Source: Planctomycetota bacterium (lineage in GTDB: Bacteria; Planctomycetota; UBA11346). Taken from it: a stretch of 37,726 nucleotides of DNA. Made by a program: the position numbers and the translations under genes. This document shows, piece after piece, positions 33,772 through 37,726 of the stretch; the first letter of the stretch is position 1; every line of letters starts with the position of its first letter. Under the pieces are notes generated by a model. The model was not told where the DNA came from, made no database searches, and was given only the letters and a program-made list of their open reading frames with translations. Location of the stretch: the NCBI GenBank assembly GCA_017302815.1, contig JAFLCQ010000005.1, positions 1 through 37,726 on the forward strand. Reading direction: 5' to 3'.

Positions 33772-36039
33772 TCAACTCCTCCGGATCGACCAGCCGGTCC
33801 ACAGGCCGAGGGCGAACCAGGCCAGGGCGATGCCGCCGATGGCGAAGATGGTGTCGCCGACGACGCGCAGCCAGCGCAGGGTCTGCATCGCGTCCTGCTG
33901 CATGAACTCGGCCGAGCGCGCCGACCACAGGCCGACCTCGATCGATTCGTGCGCCTGCCACAGCCCCACCGGCAGCAGCGACAGGGCGAGCATCAGGCCG
34001 AGACCGATGTTCAGCGACCAGAAGGCGAGCTTGAGCGGCCCGTCCTTCCACGTCTTTCCGGCGGTGGCCCGGCGCATGATGAATAGGACCATGCCGATCG
34101 AGAGCATGCCGTAGACCCCGAAGAGGGCGGCGTGGCCGTGCACCGGCGTGGTGTTGAGGCCCTGCAGGTAGTAGAGGCTGATCGGCGGGTTGATGAGGAA
34201 GCCGAACAGGCCGGCGCCGACCAGGTTCCAGAAGGCCACCGCCAGGAAACAGGCGATCGGCCAGCGGTAGGCGGCGGCCCACGGCGCGGCCAGGCCGAGT
34301 TGCTGGTTCTTCCAGGCCTCGAAGCCGATCAGCACCAGGGGCACGACTTCCAGCGCGCTGAAGGTGGCGCCGATGGCCATGATGGAGACCGGCGTGCCGC
34401 TGAAGTAGAGGTGGTGGAAGGTGCCGGGGATGCCGCCGAGCAGGAAGATGGCGGTGGCGAAGAGCACGGCACGGGTCGCCGATTTCGCACTGACCAGGCC
34501 GAGACGGGTGAAGATGAAGCTGATCGCGACCGTGGCGAAGACCTCGAAGAAGCCCTCGACCCACAGGTGCACGACCCACCAGCGCCAGTATTCCATGACC
34601 GACATGTGGGTGCGCGCGCCGTAGAACAGGCCGGCACCGTAGAACAGGGCGATGGCGACGCTGGAGCCGACGAAGAGGATGAGCAGCTGCTTGCGGTTCG
34701 AGCCTTCGACGTCGCCGGGCGCGACCTGGGCGGTCAGCGCCGGCCACAGCCCGCGCAGCATCAGGCCGAGCCACAGGACCAGGCCGACGATGAGGAAGAG
34801 CTGCCAGAAGCGGCCGAGGTCGACGTATTCGTAGCCCTGGTGGCCGAACCAGAAGCCGGTGTCGAGGCCCATGCGCTGCATGATCGAGGCCCATTCGCCG
34901 GCCAGGCTGCCGACCACGATGACGACCAGGGCGACGAGCAGGAACCACACGCCGGCCGCCTGGAACCGCGGTTCGCGGCCACCGACCACCGGGGCGAGGA
35001 ACAGGCCGGCGGCGAGGAAGGCGGTGGCGATCCAGAAGATGCCGAGCTGGATGTGCCAGGTGCGGGTGACGGCGTAGGGCAGCCAGCTCGACAGGTCGTA
35101 ACCGTAGAAGGCCCGGCCCTCGACGCCGTAGTGCGCGGTGATGATGCCGAAGACGATCTGCGCCAGGAATAGGCCGATGACCGTGGCACCGTAGGCCAGC
35201 GTCACCTTCATCGAGGGGGTGAGGGCGAAGCCGTCGAGCGGATCGCGCTCCGGTGCCTTGAGCTTCTCGTCCTCATGGTGGTAGGCCTGCCAGTAGACCA
35301 GTCCGCCGATCGCCGCGAGCAGCACGACGATGGAGATCAGCGACCACAGCAGGTTTGCGGTGGTCGGGACGTTGCCGATCAGCGGTTCGTGCGGCCAATT
35401 GTTGGTGTAGGTGACGTTCGAGCCGTGGCGCTCGGTGGCGCAGCTCCACGAGGTCCACCAGAAGAATGCGGTGAGCTTGCTGCGCCGGTCAGCGTCGGGG
35501 ATGGCGGTGTCGTGGATGGCGTAGGCGTCGCGCAGCTTGAGCACCGCGGGGTCGGTGCTGGCACCGAAGATCGCGTCGTAGTGCGCAGCCACCGTGGCCA
35601 TCACTGTGGCGCGTTCAGCCGAGACGGTGATGCGTCCGCTGGCGACGTCGTGCGTGTTGGTGCGCAGCTCGCGCTTCACCCGCTCGCGCAGGCCGGCCTG
35701 GCGTTCGGGCGGCAGTGCAGCGTAGGTCGAACCCTCGGCCTTGGCCCAGAGCTCCAGCAGGCCGGTGGCCTCGCGGTGCAGTTGGTCGGCTGACCAGTCG
35801 GGCGCGACATAGGCACCGTGGCCCCACACCGTGCCGACCTGCTGACCACCGATCGACTGGTAGACCTGCTGGCCGGTGAGGATGTCGTCCTCGGTGAACA
35901 GCGTGCGGCCATCGCTGGTGACCACCGCCGTGGGAATCGGCGGTGCCTGGCGGTAGACCTCACGGCCGAAGAAGCCGAGGAGGAGGAAGGTGGCGCCGAC
36001 GGTGACGGCGAGGAATACCCAGAGGCGGCGGTTGGTCAT
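33772..36039 (-). CDS. norB: Quinol-dependent nitric oxide reductase (qNor, long single-subunit NorB/NorZ)
   Basis: 755 aa. N-terminal extension with TM plus periplasmic domain (GQQVYQSIGGQQVGTVWGHGAYVAPDWSAD), fused to a heme-copper-oxidase-type 12-TM core (HLWVEGFFEVF, HHLYFSG, HGHAALFG). Confidence 0.95.
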   Translation of the reverse strand: MTNRRLWVFLAVTVGATFLLLGFFGREVYRQAPPIPTAVVTSDGRTLFTEDDILTGQQVYQSIGGQQVGTVWGHGAYVAPDWSADQLHREATGLLELWAKAEGSTYAALPPERQAGLRERVKRELRTNTHDVASGRITVSAERATVMATVAAHYDAIFGASTDPAVLKLRDAYAIHDTAIPDADRRSKLTAFFWWTSWSCATERHGSNVTYTNNWPHEPLIGNVPTTANLLWSLISIVVLLAAIGGLVYWQAYHHEDEKLKAPERDPLDGFALTPSMKVTLAYGATVIGLFLAQIVFGIITAHYGVEGRAFYGYDLSSWLPYAVTRTWHIQLGIFWIATAFLAAGLFLAPVVGGREPRFQAAGVWFLLVALVVIVVGSLAGEWASIMQRMGLDTGFWFGHQGYEYVDLGRFWQLFLIVGLVLWLGLMLRGLWPALTAQVAPGDVEGSNRKQLLILFVGSSVAIALFYGAGLFYGARTHMSVMEYWRWWVVHLWVEGFFEVFATVAISFIFTRLGLVSAKSATRAVLFATAIFLLGGIPGTFHHLYFSGTPVSIMAIGATFSALEVVPLVLIGFEAWKNQQLGLAAPWAAAYRWPIACFLAVAFWNLVGAGLFGFLINPPISLYYLQGLNTTPVHGHAALFGVYGMLSIGMVLFIMRRATAGKTWKDGPLKLAFWSLNIGLGLMLALSLLPVGLWQAHESIEVGLWSARSAEFMQQDAMQTLRWLRVVGDTIFAIGGIALAWFALGLWTGWSIRRS

Positions 36040-36061
36040 AGGATGGTCCAGTGCTAAGCGG

Positions 36062-36343
36062 TCAGGAGCGCAGGGCGTGCAGGCCGGCGAAGAGGGCTCG
36101 CACCGAGCCGCAGGCCTCGGGCCATGGCGTGTAGGCGGCGGTCAACTGGTGGATCTGGGCGTGGTCGGTGTCCGCGATCGCGTTCTGCGGCGCGCCCGCG
36201 ATGCGGTCGACCACGGTGGCCAGTTCCGTCATCGCCGGATGGTGGCCCCCATGCACCAGGGCGACCTTGCGCGCCAGCAGGCGGAGGCGGGAGAGTTCGG
36301 CGGCACGATCGGCGATCGGCTCGGGGATGGAGCAGTTGTGCAT
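36062..36343 (-). CDS. Small hypothetical helical protein (93 aa) between the hemerythrin gene and norB
   Basis: ATG 4 nt after the upstream stop. The segment LLARKVALVHGGHHPAMTELATVVDRI loosely resembles the central helix pair of RIC proteins. No confident family call. Confidence 0.4.
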   Translation of the reverse strand: MHNCSIPEPIADRAAELSRLRLLARKVALVHGGHHPAMTELATVVDRIAGAPQNAIADTDHAQIHQLTAAYTPWPEACGSVRALFAGLHALRS

Positions 36344-36347
36344 GGGA

Positions 36348-36995
36348 TCAGGCCTTTCCCGTGTGGCAGCCGCACACGGCGGTGAGGAGGGCGAAGGTCT
36401 GCGGATCGTTGCTGGCGCGTTCGACGCCATAGACGTCGGCGATCGCGTCGGCGATCCCGAGCAGGCGTTCATGGGTGCCGTCGCCCATGTCGTCGTGTTC
36501 GACGGCGCGATAGGCTTCGAGGATGGCTGCATCCTGGGCCGGACTCAGCATCGCCTGCGCCATGCGGAAGAGGATGTCATCCTCCTTGGCGATGTGGGCC
36601 CGCAGCAGTTCCGTGTATCCGTTCGCGGCGGGGACGAAGCCTGCGACATCGTCGGCATCGATCGCCGCCGCCATGGCGGCTACATACTGACGGCCGATGA
36701 CGTGCTCCTCGCGCATCACCGCGGTCGGTCCGAAGCCGGGCACCTGCGCCTCCAGGGCCGGGAAGAGGATGTCCTCCTCCTTGCCGTGGTGGCAGCGGTC
36801 GGCGAAGGTGCGGATGACCTCGATCGCCGAGCGGGCGTGGCCGGTGGGGATGCGCCCTTCGCGGGTGGCCTGCACCGCCATGCGCTCCAGGCAGGTGATG
36901 ACCTGCAGGATGACCCGGTGCTCGCCGGAGAGGATGCTGACCGCGCTTGGGCGAGTGAGGTCGACTGGTAGGAGATGATCGTGGCAGGAGGGCAT
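36348..36995 (-). CDS. Hemerythrin-domain protein with an N-terminal MPSCH and a C-terminal CGC motif (paralog of 27111-27752)
   Basis: LSGEHRVIL, RCHHGKEEDILFPALE, VMREEHVIGRQ, HIAKEDDILFRMA, ...AVCGCHTGKA. Start set at MPSCH, downstream of the sigma-54 promoter. Confidence 0.8.
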   Translation of the reverse strand: MPSCHDHLLPVDLTRPSAVSILSGEHRVILQVITCLERMAVQATREGRIPTGHARSAIEVIRTFADRCHHGKEEDILFPALEAQVPGFGPTAVMREEHVIGRQYVAAMAAAIDADDVAGFVPAANGYTELLRAHIAKEDDILFRMAQAMLSPAQDAAILEAYRAVEHDDMGDGTHERLLGIADAIADVYGVERASNDPQTFALLTAVCGCHTGKA

Positions 36996-37026
36996 GGCGG
37001 TGATCCCAGGGTTGATGGGGGAACAC

Positions 37027-37042
37027 TGCACATGTCGAGCCA
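37027..37042 (-). promoter_or_regulatory. Sigma-54 (-24/-12) promoter for the hemerythrin-norB operon
   Basis: Minus strand reads TGGCTCGACATGTGCA. GG and GC have the canonical spacing of TGGCAC-N5-TTGCA. It lies ~32 bp upstream of the ATG at 36995 and faces away from norR. Confidence 0.6.
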
Positions 37043-37052
37043 ATGCTTGAGC

Positions 37053-37074
37053 ATGTAAGGACAGTCACTTACAT
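37053..37074. promoter_or_regulatory. Inverted repeat ATGTAAG-N8-CTTACAT in the norR/norB intergenic region (candidate enhancer/operator)
   Basis: Perfect 7-bp arms. The same AT-rich region also carries two GTAATCAT direct repeats (37094-37101 and 37122-37129) and TATGA-GTAA-TCATA (37089-37102). Confidence 0.3.
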
Positions 37075-37144
37075 TGCAGATTGCTCTTTATGAGTAATCA
37101 TATTTAGCATTCGCCTTCAATGTAATCATTCCAATCATCTGGGT

Positions 37145-37726
37145 ATGCTCGACCAGGATCTGCTCCAACTCGCCTGCGATCTCACCGCCGGACTCGCGGC
37201 CGAGGATCGCTACCGCCGGCTGATCGACACCGTCCTACGCATCATCCCGTGCGAGGCGGTCGCCCTGCTGCGTCTGGATGGTGACGCCCTGGTACCGCTC
37301 GCCTTCAGCGGGCTGGTCCCCGAACTCGCCGGCCGCCGACTGATCCCGCGCGAGCACCCGCGCCTGGGCATCATCCTCGGCCATCGCGACGCCGGCGGCG
37401 GGGCGGCGCCGGTGCGCTTCGCCCCCGACAGCACCATCCCAGATCCCTATGACGGGCTGATGCTCGCCGACCCGCACGCCTGCGCACGCATCCATGCCTG
37501 CATGGGCTGCCCGCTCATCGCGCACGGCGAGGTGATCGGCGCACTCACCCTCGATTCGCGCGATCCCGCCGCCTTTGCCGCCATTCCCGACGCGACCATC
37601 GCCACCCTCGCCGCGCTTGCGGGAGCCTCCATCCATACCGTCGGACTGATCGAGGCGCTGGAGCGCACCTCGCAGCACCGCAGCACCGTCCTGCGCCAAC
37701 TGGTGCGCGACGACCGCGAGCGGCGC
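37145..37726 (+). CDS. norR: NO-responsive sigma-54 activator NorR, N-terminal GAF domain (3-prime end outside the window)
   Basis: DRYRRLIDTVLRIIPCEAVALLRLDGDALVPLAFSGL...REHPRLGIIL...IPDPYDGLM...HACMGCPLIAHGEVIGALTLDS aligns with the E. coli NorR GAF domain ([25 protein letters not shown]...LPDPYDGLI...[22 protein letters not shown]). Confidence 0.9.
   Translation, partial: MLDQDLLQLACDLTAGLAAEDRYRRLIDTVLRIIPCEAVALLRLDGDALVPLAFSGLVPELAGRRLIPREHPRLGIILGHRDAGGGAAPVRFAPDSTIPDPYDGLMLADPHACARIHACMGCPLIAHGEVIGALTLDSRDPAAFAAIPDATIATLAALAGASIHTVGLIEALERTSQHRSTVLRQLVRDDRERR

Noticed and set aside
37043-37144. Canonical NorR enhancer sites (GT-N7-AC).
   Set aside because: Every GT in the interval was checked and none is followed by AC at the N7 spacing. 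Only alternative dyads and repeats are reported.
1-37726. CRISPR arrays, rRNA genes, integrase, transposase or phage structural genes.
   Set aside because: No regularly spaced repeat-spacer structure, no rRNA-like conserved segments and no recombinase motifs were recognised in any frame.

Overview
High-GC (about 65%) proteobacterial-type DNA that forms a dense nitrate-respiration and nitric-oxide-stress locus. From left to right it contains: (1) the 3-prime end of moaC with its terminator; (2) a truncated tRNA-Leu 3-prime fragment next to an AT-rich stretch and a phased 5x TGGAC repeat, which may mark a genomic-island junction; (3) a minus-strand marR-clc-hpp-cydAB module; (4) a decayed radical-SAM gene and a RIC/YtfE-type di-iron gene; (5) an unassigned three-gene translationally coupled cassette; (6) an NhaP2-type K+/H+ antiporter and a MacAB/DevBCA-like ABC exporter; (7) a second RIC paralog; (8) a long minus-strand nar operon, comprising an Rrf2::diheme-cytochrome-c fusion, narG, narH, narJ with an in-frame TAG, narI, narK and mobB; (9) a moaA relic; (10) two more Rrf2 regulators flanking a four-gene hemerythrin operon; (11) a DUF1858/DUF438 pair behind a perfect FNR box; (12) a convergent NDH-2 gene; and (13) a sigma-54/NorR-controlled hemerythrin, small ORF, qNor and radical-SAM operon, with norR running off the right edge. 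No CRISPR array, rRNA, intact tRNA, transposase or integrase was found. The most unusual items are: the in-frame fusion of a complete Rrf2 DNA-binding domain to a NarC-like membrane diheme cytochrome c as the first gene of the nar operon; the unassigned three-gene cassette at 7273-9241; the very high density of hemerythrin-fold genes (8) and Rrf2 paralogs (3); three pseudogenes (narJ nonsense codon, moaA relic, radical-SAM relic); and the tRNA-fragment and phased-repeat junction at the left end. All functional calls come from by-eye motif and family recognition. No database search was run.
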